DNA from: Yuukianura sp. NJ FZ-2021
Lineage: Eukaryota
DNA: 64,000 bases
Direction: 5' to 3'
Assembly (NCBI GenBank): GCA_046563655.1
Contig: JAJCTO010000010.1
Location: forward strand, 372,001-436,000
Each line of letters starts with the position of its first letter. Position 1 is the stretch's first letter. The translations under genes and the position numbers were made by a program. Of the stretch, positions 43,605 to 54,576 are shown in pieces. The notes below the pieces were generated by a model. It searched no databases. It had not been told where the DNA came from and was given only the letters and a program-made list of their open reading frames with translations.

Positions 43605-43850
43605 GTTTAGATAGCATTGAGGTGGGTAGCCCTATAGGCCTCTTGTTGAGTGTTTTATACTAGAGTTTGGCGGAAAAAAACTGAAGGTGGAGGCACTGCG
43701 CCTTCAAAGTGATAGTCTATAGCCAGAAAGAGTATATACTTTAAATCCTTTGCCACCAGTGCCTCCACCTTCCGGTTTTTTTCCACCAAACTCTAGTACA
43801 AAGAACACAACAAGGGGCCCATAGGACTACCCCCTCAATGCTATCCGAAC
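43605..43850. mobile_element. Foldback/MITE-like element with ~94-bp imperfect inverted arms
   Basis: The left arm 43605-43698 (gatagcattgagg...tactagagtttggcggaaaaaaa...gaaggtggaggcactg) is the reverse complement of the right arm 43757-43850 (cagtgcctccaccttc...tttttttccaccaaactctagta...cctcaatgctatc). Confidence 0.7.
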
Positions 43851-44131
43851 TGTAGCAGGAGGCCGGAAAAAAGGTTCGGACAAATAAAAAAAAAGCATGA
43901 GTGTCGTTATTGCCCGGATTTAGCTTTAGCGTTATAGCTTATAACTCGACTCCTCCCGTTTTCATAAACGGAGCTCATAAAGACAAAACAGTCTTTATGA
44001 ACCGAGTTTTTAAATCCGAAGATGAAGCTGCTTTAACATGGTTTTTTATTCAGACGTCACCACGTGACCAGATGACGCACTACTTGAAAATCAGCACTCT
44101 AAATGGGTTGAAGTAAAAACAAACACCCAAA

Positions 44132-44612
44132 TGTAACCACACGCTCACCACTATGGTTTCGCTTATGTGTAACCACCTAATGGTTACAGTTATTCTAACT
44201 GTCCAATGAGAACAGTTAAAAATAACCATTTACCGTTACAGTAATTTGTAACCATCTAATGGTTACAGCTATGTGTAACCACCAATAGTTGCACTTATTT
44301 GTAACGATAATGGTTACACTTATTGTAACCATCCAGTGGCTACACTAATTTGTAACCATGGTTGGACTTATTGTAACCACCCAGTGGCTACACTAATTTG
44401 TAACCATAATGGTTACACTTATTTGTAACCATCCAATGGCTACATTTATTTGTAACCATAATGGTTACAAACCATAATGGTTACACTTATTTGTAACCAT
44501 CCAATGGTTATATAAGAGTAAGTGGGAACTTGGCTTGTAACCACTCGATGCAACCACCTTGCCATTTTTGCAGCCATCATCTGGTACACAAGTTGGTGAC
44601 AGGTGGTTACAA
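44132..44612. repeat. Palindromic minisatellite of 24-28-bp units (tttgtaacc-N4-7-ggttacactta), probably internal to a non-autonomous DNA transposon (~43901-44870)
   Basis: Repeated tgtaacc...ggttaca inverted units. The flanks show degenerate inverted similarity: 43901-43919 vs 44784-44804, and 43920-43946 vs 44835-44860. Confidence 0.75.
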
Positions 44613-45670
44613 ATTAAAACGTAACAATTCCAATGCTATATTAAATAAACGTAACAATTCCGAGCAGATATTAGTTAATTGGTGACTATCCAAGGGTTAT
44701 GTCACTCACTTATGTGAACATGGTTACTAGGATTAAGAACTGCATTATGTCAACCAAAATAGTGATAAATTTTACCAGAAATCATCCCGGCAAACTAACG
44801 ACGCTTTAGAGTTAGCTTTAACTATGTTTTCATAAGTTATAAAGCTAAAGCTAAAGCTAACGATGTTCCGGTAACGTGCCTATTATAAGTTTTAACTTGT
44901 ATGGTTCCTATCATAAGCATAATGGAATGAAGGAAATCCGCGTGCAAGACTCACTGTGTCCTGTGTCCTCTTCCAATGGAAAGTGCATTGGCATGGTGAC
45001 ACCAATGCTATTTTTTCTTGTGCTTTGAGAACTGGAAAGAACCAAGGGTGGGAGTTCACACACATTTCTCCAAGCACAGACTTGTTCTCTCTTCTCAATC
45101 TCAAGTTTTAATTTTTCAACTTTTGCGTATATTATGTTTTAAGTTTTATCAGCTTTCAATCGTCATGATCGGCGGCCATCTCACCCTCCCCCAAATCGGA
45201 CAAGCGCCTAATGTGCAACTGGGTTTCATATAATTTAAAACAGAAAGAAGTTGATAAAGGGAATAAATAGTTTGTGTAATTTCTATAGTTATAAATTACT
45301 AGAAAACAAATTAATTATGCACAACATATGTTTACGCACACAAAACATTTCAACAGCTGCCATTTTTTGTTAGCGGATTCTTTCTGTTTGTGCAAATTTT
45401 TTTTTCGGCGGGACACTTGCACGCCGCGCATTTCCAAGTTCTCCGCTTTTTCAGTGTCAAAAAAAAGTTCCCTCTATTCTTAAGGAAAGAAGGAGGGGAT
45501 GGGCAGCTTTTTTTTCTTATGGAAAAATAGCACAAGTAGATGAGGGCTTTTTGAAAGGTTAAGTTATGATCAGAACAGTATCTACCCACATTTCTCATCC
45601 GTGCTACTACCGAAGATAGTAGACTATGGTGGCCCCAGAGTGCCAATGCTGTTTTTCCCATTTTGTAATT

Positions 45671-46003
45671 CAAAAAGCATTTTCAAATGCATTTTCAATT
45701 GCATTTCATTTTAAAAAGCATTTTCAAAAGCATTTTCAATTGCATTTCATTTTAAAAAGCATTTTCAAATGCATTTTCATTTGCATTTCATTTTAAAAAG
45801 CATTTTCAATTGCATTTCATTTCAAAAAGCATTTTCAATTGCATTTCGTTTCAAAAAGCATTTTCAATTGCATTTCATTTCAAAAAGCATTTTCAATTGC
45901 ATTTCAATTTCAATTTCAAAATGAAAATGCACTTGGCCCTTCTGGGCTCCTAATTCAAATTCAATTTGAAAATGAAAATGCATTTGGCCCTTCTGGGCTC
46001 CTT
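45671..46003. repeat. AT-rich minisatellite (aaaagcattttcaattgcatttcattt) ending in a duplicated ttggcccttctgggctcc unit
   Basis: Direct tandem units of about 27-39 bp are visible in the sequence. Confidence 0.85.
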
Positions 46004-46660
46004 ATTCAAAAAGTGCGCCTCCTGCATACCATGTGACTTTTTTGTGTCTGAAACTGGAAAAGTCTTAAGCTCCTATAGACATCACTAGTGCCAGTTCACA
46101 AATAGACACATATGCCAAATCTCAAGTTATCGAATGTTTTGTTAATTTTAAGTTTGTATTCTAATTATATATTCATTTAAATATAGTAGGTAGATAGGAC
46201 GGACTTTCACGCCAAATCGACCTTTGGACCCATAAGGTTTAAAACCCACTGGCGTGTGATCCAAGTAGGACAAATCGTGAAGGACAAATTAAGGACAAAT
46301 TAGTTAAGACTAATTGACGCTTCCTGTCACCGAGTTAATTAGCAGTTGTCGAAATCCCGCCAAAAATTATGTGCAAAAACCTTCGCGCCAAATTTCAAAA
46401 AAATTAGTGAACATTAATTAATTAAACACTTCCTGCTGGCAAGATGCTTCCTGTGACGTTTAATTATGTAATGCCTTTGTTCTTGTTTTACCTTTAACGC
46501 CATCGACTCAAAATCAACCTTTGCCCCCAATGTGTACAGGATGAGTTAACTCACAACTTTACAACATTGCTCGCCACTTTTAAACAATAACACAGAAAGA
46601 AAGGACTTGATTGCTCTAATCATTTTTTATTTCAAATTTTTATTAGCATTTGTAAATCCA

Positions 46661-47359
46661 TTATACAGGAGTATTTTTGGTTAGCACACCATGAAATATG
46701 ATGCTGTCAATTACATCAGCACTGTACGGCTTCATTCGAAGTTCCTCGAGCGTAGAATACATGCTGCGTGTAGAACTCTCCATAACAAAGGTTCTTCGAC
46801 GGATCTGAAATTGTTGGTGCTTTGTCAAATCCAGCAAATGGGTGGTATACAGTTCTCGAATGTGTTGATTTGTTTGTGGACAGCAGCAATTAGGACGATC
46901 GAAAACACTTCCATGGTTCTCTTTATTTCGACACTTATTCAAAGCCAATTCGCGTAGATCCTTCAAGTAGCTTCGCTTTGCTTCATGGATAACTCTATTC
47001 AAAGATTCGTCCAAATACGAAGGTGGAAATGATTTTAGAAATCTCCCAACCAAATGCGGAATTTGATCCAATTTTATATAAGCAGCGCCACACGATCGAA
47101 TTAGGAATACTTGATCATCTTGTCTTATGAAATGAATATCCGCTTCTCCGAATTTCTGAATCGAATCTACCTGACTCGCCTTCTTACGATTTTGAGCCAG
47201 AATTTTTTCAAAATACGGTAGGTCAGCCATCATTTTTCCCGCCCCAATGTATAGAACGACTAACTTCTCAACCACCGTCGTCAGTTCCTTCTCAGCAAAA
47301 GTAATGGAAAAAGATGAATTTCTGACTTTAATACCGGATGAGGACAAAAGTACTTCCAT
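46661..47359 (-). CDS. Hypothetical 232-aa protein, paralog of 47723..48433; probable Polinton/virus-like accessory gene
   Basis: Intact intronless ORF that aligns by eye with its neighbour along its whole length (LPYFEKIL/LPHFEKLL, IHFI, LDQIPHLV/LDHIPQLV, FP.YL.ESL..IHE.KR.Y, NCCC, LD.TKHQQ, FHG). Confidence 0.8.
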   Translation of the reverse strand: MEVLLSSSGIKVRNSSFSITFAEKELTTVVEKLVVLYIGAGKMMADLPYFEKILAQNRKKASQVDSIQKFGEADIHFIRQDDQVFLIRSCGAAYIKLDQIPHLVGRFLKSFPPSYLDESLNRVIHEAKRSYLKDLRELALNKCRNKENHGSVFDRPNCCCPQTNQHIRELYTTHLLDLTKHQQFQIRRRTFVMESSTRSMYSTLEELRMKPYSADVIDSIIFHGVLTKNTPV

Positions 47360-47722
47360 GTTGAACTAATTTAAACTGATCGTCTAAAACAGCCGTTCAG
47401 AGTTCCTTCTTCTCAGGACTAGACGAGACTAAGTAAAACCTGTTAAGACTTCCAGTTAAGCACTAATTGGGACTAATTCATTTTCTTTTTTGTCCGTTAG
47501 CACTGGGTGGAGCTACCCCCGACAAATCCTTGGGATTGGCTCTTGTACAAAAACGTTTTTGTACGAATACCCTTTTAATGAACATGAGAGGGAATTTAAT
47601 GCCATCCACATTCAGGGCAGCACCCAGTGAGTTCAGCCATCCTCAGTTTTACTATTGTCTTAAAATTTACAATTGTTACTATTGTCCTAAAGTTTACGAT
47701 TGCTTTTGCATATTTGCCAAGG

Positions 47723-48433
47723 ATGGACGTAAACCTGCCGGAAGTCTATCTAAGCAAGTGTCTTATTGCCGTCAAGAATTCTGGAAATTCAATTATGTTT
47801 TTATCCGAGGAGCTACCAACCGTTGTAGAAGAACTAGTCAAAGCATATATTGAAGAAGGAAGGATGATTAAGCATCTTCCACATTTTGAGAAGCTGTTAT
47901 TGCAGAACCGTAATAATCCACCAAATGAATACTCGCCGGATGAACCACTACTCCCGATTCATTTTATCAAGAACGCATCAGCTCGTGTCATCCTTACCCG
48001 AAACGGCGCGCCTGTTATGATCGATTTGGACCATATTCCCCAGCTGGTTGAGTCACTTCTAAAATGTGGATGTTTTCCTATTACATATTTGGAGGAATCT
48101 TTGGACATGCTGATTCATGAAACTAAACGCGGCTACATCGAGAAAATAAGCAATGAGGCGTTCCGATCCTGTCACAACAAATTGGAAATTGATCCTTGCA
48201 GGAGCATTTTTGGCGAGTTCAACTGTTGCTGCACAGCAACTAATACATCAAACTACAGTCAACATGTATTGGACGTTACTAAACACCAGCAAATGGAGAT
48301 TAACAGATGGAAATGGGGAATAGATACTTTCCATGGTAAGAGAGAACTTGCTGTACTTGAGAGTATTCGACTAGAGAAATATTCCAGTGACATAATCTGG
48401 AAAATTACATTTCATGGCAAAAGAGATTGCTAA
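47723..48433 (+). CDS. Hypothetical 236-aa protein, paralog of 46661..47359
   Basis: Likely ATG at 47723 (MDVNLPEVYLS), because homology to the paralog starts at EVYLS. The ORF-track extension to 47627 uses a GTG and runs through a small duplication. AATAAA follows at ~48453. Confidence 0.8.
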   Translation: MDVNLPEVYLSKCLIAVKNSGNSIMFLSEELPTVVEELVKAYIEEGRMIKHLPHFEKLLLQNRNNPPNEYSPDEPLLPIHFIKNASARVILTRNGAPVMIDLDHIPQLVESLLKCGCFPITYLEESLDMLIHETKRGYIEKISNEAFRSCHNKLEIDPCRSIFGEFNCCCTATNTSNYSQHVLDVTKHQQMEINRWKWGIDTFHGKRELAVLESIRLEKYSSDIIWKITFHGKRDC

Positions 48434-48462
48434 ACGGTCTTTATTCAAGTCAAATAAAATTA

Positions 48463-48858
48463 TCAATTATTTCTGTACACAGTACATCCAACATCGGGAA
48501 ATATATTATTACGGCTTCTAAACCTATCATCCTGGGATTGGTGTAGGTCGATAAATACATGACCATACTGTTTTTTCATAACGTCATCATAGCACGTTTT
48601 CAAAGCTTCGTTCCGTTTTCCGTTTTTTGTTAGCTGACGTCCAAAGCAGAGAACTTGAGAGACTTCTCGAGGTTTTTTTGTGAAACAAATATACTGGCAA
48701 TTTGTTGTTATCGTTCGTTGTCCTTTCTCGAAGAAGTTTTGGGTGACGAAAATTATGCTCACATTCCTGTGGTGGCTCGTTCTAGTAAATGCTGAGACGA
48801 TATCCTTACTAGCACAAACTTCATGCATAAGATCGTCAAGTACGACAAGTACTATGGA
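48463..48858 (-). pseudogene. C-terminal part of a Polinton/Maverick-type (A32/FtsK-like) genome-packaging ATPase, 5'-truncated
   Basis: Walker B VLVVLDDLM, then FTRTSHHRNVSIIFVTQNFF, GRQL and YGHVFIDLHQSQDDRFRSRNNIFP, matching my recollection of Maverick ATPase motifs. The upstream part of ORF 48463..49050 has no Walker A. Confidence 0.85.
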
Positions 48859-49642
48859 CATGATGTCCAATGAGAGGTGAGGGTAACTTCCGTCGTACTG
48901 GATGCGACGACTGGTCACATGGGTGACATGATGTAAAGTTACCTCTGAGTTGTGTTGAAGTGAGATGATGAAGAGTGGATTGGAGTGGCGGTCGATTTCC
49001 CACTGATGGACGACGAGGTCAAGGGTCAGATCGGCTGCTCCAATGTCCACTTTCGGACCAAGACGGTCATGAGGAACTGGTCACTTACAGTCACTGATTG
49101 ATTGAAGTCCAGTTCTGGAAGCACTGAGTGTTTCAAGAGTCAGAATGTAGCACTGGCGGCCATCTTGAACACGAGGAGGGGAGACACTATTTTTGATTAT
49201 TCGGAAAATTATGTTCATTTAAGAATGAACTTTTAGGAATGAAATTCGGAGAAAAACCAAGACGGAAACTCCGAATAAATCAGGGCTTTTAACCCTTATT
49301 TTAATTAACAGAACGTTAATTAGAGAAGAACAATTAGCTAATTTAAGGAGGTCTAAAGGTGAGAAAACTAGAGAGAGGCATGACCGTACAACTCTAGATC
49401 TAAGTTGACTCTGAATTAGACAGAAAAAGTGAACAAAACGGAAACTAAACTAACTGCGTAGTTAGGAATTTGGGTGATGCAATTCTGGAGAGCGGCTGTG
49501 CGCATGTCAAAAAGTGGGAAATTTAAACCGAAAAAGGGGTCTAAAATTAAGTCTAATTTTAACCTACAGATGGGGTTAGAAATTTAGAAAAAATGAGAAT
49601 TGACGCTGTCAATTCTACAAACAATAAATGGAATAGAATGGA

Positions 49643-50332
49643 ATGGAATGGAACGTAAAAATGGAATTTATCGGACAGGAGCGTTGCGAGCCTATAGAAA
49701 TTACATTATTTTCCCATGACATTGAGGACCGCGTTATAAAACGAGGGCAGGGAATTGCCGAAATTGTTTGTCAAAATTATCAGGAATTTGAGTTTGAAAA
49801 AGTTCAGGAACTTCCAAGAACAAAGGAAATTGTCCCACGCCCAACATGTGCCGAGAAGGTTTGGTTCGGAATAATCAAATCTAATCTCCTCATCATTCCT
49901 TCTAGTTCGCGCACTAGAAGATCTTTTACCCCAAGGCCAATCGACTTCGGCCAAAGCAAACGTATAATTTTCCCAGAAGGAAAATTATTTCCAGTTTTGC
50001 AGTACATTGAGAAATTAGGAGATCGGCGTCAAAGCCAAATCGCGATCCGGAAAAACTTTTTCACGCAGTTAAATACCAAAGACATCGAAGACATTTGTCT
50101 ACACTATCAAATATATCCACCCAGTTATTATTTCAAATACAGGGATATGATTTGTATTGACTTACTCGAATGTGAGGCTAAATCGTCGTTTCGATTATTG
50201 GCCAAGACACTCGAAGGTTATCGAAATCATGGTTTACCAATTCGAGAACAATTGATCAACCATGTTAAAAACAAATCCAGAGAGGATTACGAACTACGAC
50301 CTCGAAGTAATCTGTTTCCACATAACTATTAA
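49643..50332 (+). CDS. 229-aa protein with a degenerate dUTPase-like N-terminal segment fused to an unknown domain
   Basis: EFIGQERCEPIEITLFSHDIEDRVIKRGQGIAEIVCQNYQEFEFEKVQELPRT parallels trimeric dUTPase motifs 3-4 (GVID.DYRGEI.V.LFNH..EDF.IKRGDRIAQLI...EEV.EL..T) but lacks the catalytic residues. The ORF is intact. Confidence 0.5.
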   Translation: MEWNVKMEFIGQERCEPIEITLFSHDIEDRVIKRGQGIAEIVCQNYQEFEFEKVQELPRTKEIVPRPTCAEKVWFGIIKSNLLIIPSSSRTRRSFTPRPIDFGQSKRIIFPEGKLFPVLQYIEKLGDRRQSQIAIRKNFFTQLNTKDIEDICLHYQIYPPSYYFKYRDMICIDLLECEAKSSFRLLAKTLEGYRNHGLPIREQLINHVKNKSREDYELRPRSNLFPHNY

Positions 50333-51272
50333 ATCACTTAGACATATGTCCTCTAAGAGTAGTGTTACTAAAATTTGTAATCATAAGTAGATAATAAGCT
50401 GTCAATGTTAGTCATCCAAAATTAATTATAATATATATTCACCAACTTAACCATAATAGAATAAAAGAGAAGAATGTAGATCCGATACATCCCATTCACG
50501 TGTTCCAGTCACGACGTACCAGTCAAGTCTGATTTGCAACATCATCGTCCTATTGGGCGCTGGAGTACGACGTAGCTTTGATCGAGTTCGAACTCCTGTG
50601 AGCAAAAGGTCAATAATGCCGCGCTAAGCAACGAAGTCCTTGTGGAAAACTTGATCACCTCTCAACTCACGGAAGTACGTTAAATCACGGAAATCAATTC
50701 AACACGGACGCTCACAGTCCTCAGGATATCCCAGAGAGCCAACCAACTCAACGAGAGTTTACCAGAAGTGTTCATGAGTGATGAGGACGACTCAACTTCC
50801 CGTTACAGTAGTTATCGCTGAAACTACAACGACTCCACTGAGAACTCCCGGTGAGGATTCGGAGCAGCGCAGACAAATTGCAGCACTAGAAAATGAAAGA
50901 TGAAAGCTTGCATCACATGATGACACCACCGTACGAGACCAATGGCTGGAGAACTACGCATCCATTTGCATTCATCCACTACTCTGACAAGGCAGACCCA
51001 ATGTCTCCAAGCACCCATTGGAATTCTTTAAATTCTGTAAGCTAGCTTTCACTCATGATGTTAGTCTTAAATCAACCTTGGCTATTGTTACATCAATATT
51101 ATACTATGTCAAATTCGGGTAGAACAGTTCTATGTTATCCATTTATGAGTTCAGGCTTCAAATCCATGTCATCTTATTTGTAGATCGGAACACCTAAAAT
51201 ATTATGTTAGAATACTCTGTCGCATAATTAGGAAATCTACGAGGACGTAGATTAGAACAAGTTGGGGAATAA

Positions 51273-52283
51273 TGTAACGCCGGATTTTGAGCCACCTCCA
51301 AATCAATCAATTGATTTGGAGTTGGACCGAATTCGTACGCCTAATTAGTTAAGACAAAACTAGTTAAAACCGGGTAAGAGACATGTCGAGTATGCAGATT
51401 GATAATTAAGGAAAGTTTTGAAATTGAGACAGGAGGTCTCAAGACTTATGATAAGAAAAAGGTGATTTGACAAGTCCCTTGGACTTGTCATGTAAAACAA
51501 CTTGCTCAGCAAGTTTGACATCTGTCAAACATGGGGTGTCCACTCGCAAGAGAGTTGATTCTCCCATTCAAAATCCCTGTTTATCAATTTGCATAGGATC
51601 GTAACTTTGTGCAATCTTGGACATTAATGACAAAGCTGGATCTTAAATCCTGGTCATTAACGTCCAACTTTGAACTCAGGTCGCTAAGCGTCCCTCAGCT
51701 GAAGGACAGTTCAGGTCAAGTGTAAGGTTATAAATATAAGCGGAACCTTGTTAGCATTAAGTCATTTCTAGATTAGCTTTTGGCTAAGCTCTTTCTCTCT
51801 CTCAGATCAGTTGACTAGATTGTAAAATTGCTCTTTAGAATAAGTCTTTTGGGGAACAATAAATACTCTTCCGGGAATTTCTCTCCACCGTTCGTCAATT
51901 CCTCGTCTTAGAAGCTTGCACATCTGCCACCGTCACTTTCGCTGATTCCGCTGTTCAGGGTTCAACTGGTGTCAACCGTAGCTGACCAAGGTAAGGGAAT
52001 CTTCCCTTTTCATCCAGGGTTTAGAAAAACAGTAGAAGCACTTGAAGATTCATACACTAGATGATGTGGGTTGGTGGGACCAGCCCCACCCAACGTAGGT
52101 CATGAGTTAGGGGAAGTCTTAAGGGCCCGGAAGGGTCAAAGGGTTAGGTCGCGAGAGGGGTGGCAGGTATTAGACCTGCAGAAGCTAGGAGCATCAGCGT
52201 AGCCCAGTCGTTTTCAGAGAACGACTGAACAGAAATGTTAAAGTAGAGACTTTATTAAACGCTAAGAAAATCACCCCGTTTCA
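51273..52283 (+). mobile_element. ~1.0-kb LTR, probably the 3' LTR of a truncated LTR retrotransposon
   Basis: Starts TGTAACG and ends CGTTTCA (imperfect terminal inverted repeat). A purine tract (ggggaataa) lies immediately upstream, with TATAAATATAA at ~51729 and AATAAA at ~51858. Copia coding sequence begins right after the CA. The flanks (aataa / ctaac) are not a TSD. Confidence 0.6.
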
Positions 52284-52999
52284 CTAACTGCAACCACGTC
52301 CAAGAATTGAAACGTCGCCCCTATTGCGCCAAATGTAACAAACGCGGTCACTGGGCAAGAGAATGCAGAAGTCGGCAACCACCGCCCTATTACTACAGAT
52401 CAGCCGAAGCTTACGATGACTACTACGAGCCGTACAACTACCCTACGCATTACAACTCATATCAAAGCCAGACTCCAGATTTTGAATTCATTGCTTCAGA
52501 TCAAAGTCAACCCAGCTCAAATTTATTCAGCCCACCTAGTTCACCAATAAATCAGCATCATCAGTGCAGCAACCAAGGGATCAAGCACTACGCACCGTCT
52601 TCCCGCAGCGGCTTCCTAGCCGCAGACATCCCGAATCACAATGGTAGCGACTTCACATGTTACAGCGACTCTGGAGCCTCACAGCATTTTTGCGGGAACA
52701 TATCACTACTCAGCAACTACGAAGAATTTAAAACGCCACTGCCAATTCACCTTACTGACAATCGCAACGCATACGCCCTAGGAAAGGGGACCATAGCAAT
52801 TAAAGCTAAACTTGGAAATGAATGGCGAAACTGCACACTTACCGACGTTTGGTACATTCCAAATTCTGTCAACTTATTTTCCGAAATTGTAATGGTCAAG
52901 CAAGGATTCTCAATCCAACGCGACATCAACTCTTCATCGACTCGCTAGGCAAAATTGGACCATCAGCAGCACTTCGTGGAAATATTTACGTAATGGATT
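52284..52999 (+). pseudogene. Ty1/Copia gag-protease fragment
   Basis: CCHC knuckle CAKCNKRGHWAREC, Copia protease motif SDSGASQHFC, and GKGTI...LTDVWYIPNSVNLFS. Frameshift near 52930. Bounded by LTRs on both sides. Confidence 0.88.
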
Positions 53000-53270
53000 T
53001 GTAGCGGGACGGTACACCACCCACACCCACCCCCACTGGACAACAGGTGTAATACACAATCTAACGTAAGGTAGATTAGGCAGATGTGTGTCAGTCTTTA
53101 TCTGGAAGTGAAATAAAGAACTTCTCAAAGTAGATCTCTCTGGACGCAAGGTCCACAAAGCAGTTTAGATCACATTTTAATGAGTAGTTCAGCTTCCGGT
53201 CACGGGTCACAGGTCATCTCATCACTCAGCCACCCCGGTCTGCCGCACGTGACGACTTGGTAGCCAGCCG
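53000..53270 (+). promoter_or_regulatory. Putative 5' LTR (~257 bp) and primer-binding site
   Basis: TG at 53000 where Copia coding sequence stops, AATAAA at ~53112, and PBS-like TGGTAGCCAGCC at 53258 (the first 7 nt match the 3' end of initiator tRNA-Met). The LTR 3' end is not a clean CA. Confidence 0.55.
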
Positions 53271-53963
53271 AACATCGTTTCCAAAGGAATCGCAGTCAGA
53301 AGAAGACAAAAATCATCACTTCAAAGGCCAAAAAACAAAGGTACACATACCAAAATCTCAAAAAAAAATTCAAAGGCAGCATAATCATTGACCGACATAA
53401 CCCGGAAATCGAATTGAAATCGTGACCTCGAAGGTCAGAAGCGTCGGAAAGCACCTCAGCGTAGCAGCCGCCATTTTGGAAAAAATTCCGAAAAAGAAGG
53501 GGAAAAAATAGAGTCCTTCACAGTCAACGACCCGTTAAAGACAGTTGATTTGCATATCTCATTATCTCCTTTCATAACGGTAACTCAGTAGAGTAACCGA
53601 CAGAAGACGAGACAACAAAAACATAACGGACAGTTCAGATTAACTTTTTTTGCAATTCCACTGGAATTGCAGGGCAAAAAAAAAAGCGAAAGCAAAGCAA
53701 AAGTAAACATAAACACACGCAGCCAGTGCGGACGTAGAAGTAGACATCCTGCGTCTCTTCGTTCACTTTCAATTGCACAATTCCTTTTACAAACAAATTT
53801 AAAAAGTAAATTTGGAAAAAACTAAACAAATTAAACAAATTAAAAATAAAATTCAAAACGGAATAACGCAAAAACGTAATCCTACGCTCTATTAAAGAAA
53901 AAATTGAAGTCCTTTTACAAAAAATTATTAAAAAACAACGTAAAATCAAAGTATTACGTTAAA

Positions 53964-54465
53964 AGGTAGCCCAGTAGGGCAAGCTAAGAATCAAGGTAAC
54001 ACAGTAGTGTAACCTCTAAGGTAACTCAGTAGAGTAACCTAACAAAAGGTAACCCAGTAGGGTAACCTCAAGGTAACGCAGTAGTGTAACCTCAAAGGTA
54101 ACACAGTAGTGTAACCTCAAGGTAACGCAGTAGTGTAACCTCAAGGTAACGCAGTAGTGTAACCTCAAAGGTAACACAGTAGTGTAACCTCAAGGTAACG
54201 CAGTAGTGTAACCTCACAGGTAACACAGTAGTGTAACCTCCAAGGTAACTCAGTAGAGTAACCTAACCAAGGTATTCCAGTAGGGTAACCTCAAGGTAAC
54301 TCAGTAGAGTAACCTAACAAATAGGTAACCCAGTAGGGTAACCTCAAGGTAACACAGTAGTGTAACCTCAAAGGTAACACAGTAGTGTAACCTCCAAGTA
54401 ATTCAGTAGAGTAACCTAACCAAGGTAACCCAGTAGGGTAACCTTTAAAGGTAACCCAGTAGGTT
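53964..54465 (+). repeat. Tandem array of about 20 stem-loop units aggtaacNc-agta-gN'gtaacct in the Gypsy leader (one more copy at 53578-53599)
   Basis: A 22-nt core with 2-8-nt linkers. N/N' is always A-T, T-A, C-G or G-T. Confidence 0.93.
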
Positions 54466-54576
54466 AGGTTAGCCTAACCAAAACCTAACCAAAATCAACA
54501 ACAATTAGATCAACAGCAAATTGATCAACAAGAAACAGAATACAAAAAAGACCTTCAACGTCTATTTGATGTCGGT

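Noticed and set aside
46180..46470. Polinton terminal inverted repeat
   Set aside because: Repeated cttcctg and ttaatta motifs are suggestive, but there is no clear AGTAGT/AGAGAG terminus and no partner repeat in the window.
48885..50530. Weak inverted similarity between 48889-48935 and ~50487-50530
   Set aside because: Too gapped and short to distinguish from chance without an alignment score.
44132..54465. Relationship between the 44.1-44.6 kb gtaacc minisatellite and the Gypsy leader hairpins
   Set aside because: They share only a 6-mer. Unit structure, loop and context differ.
53964..54465. Iron-responsive elements (loop CAGUAG resembles CAGUGN)
   Set aside because: The loop is not the canonical CAGUGN, and there is no unpaired C five base pairs below it. 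The stem has an A.A mismatch instead.
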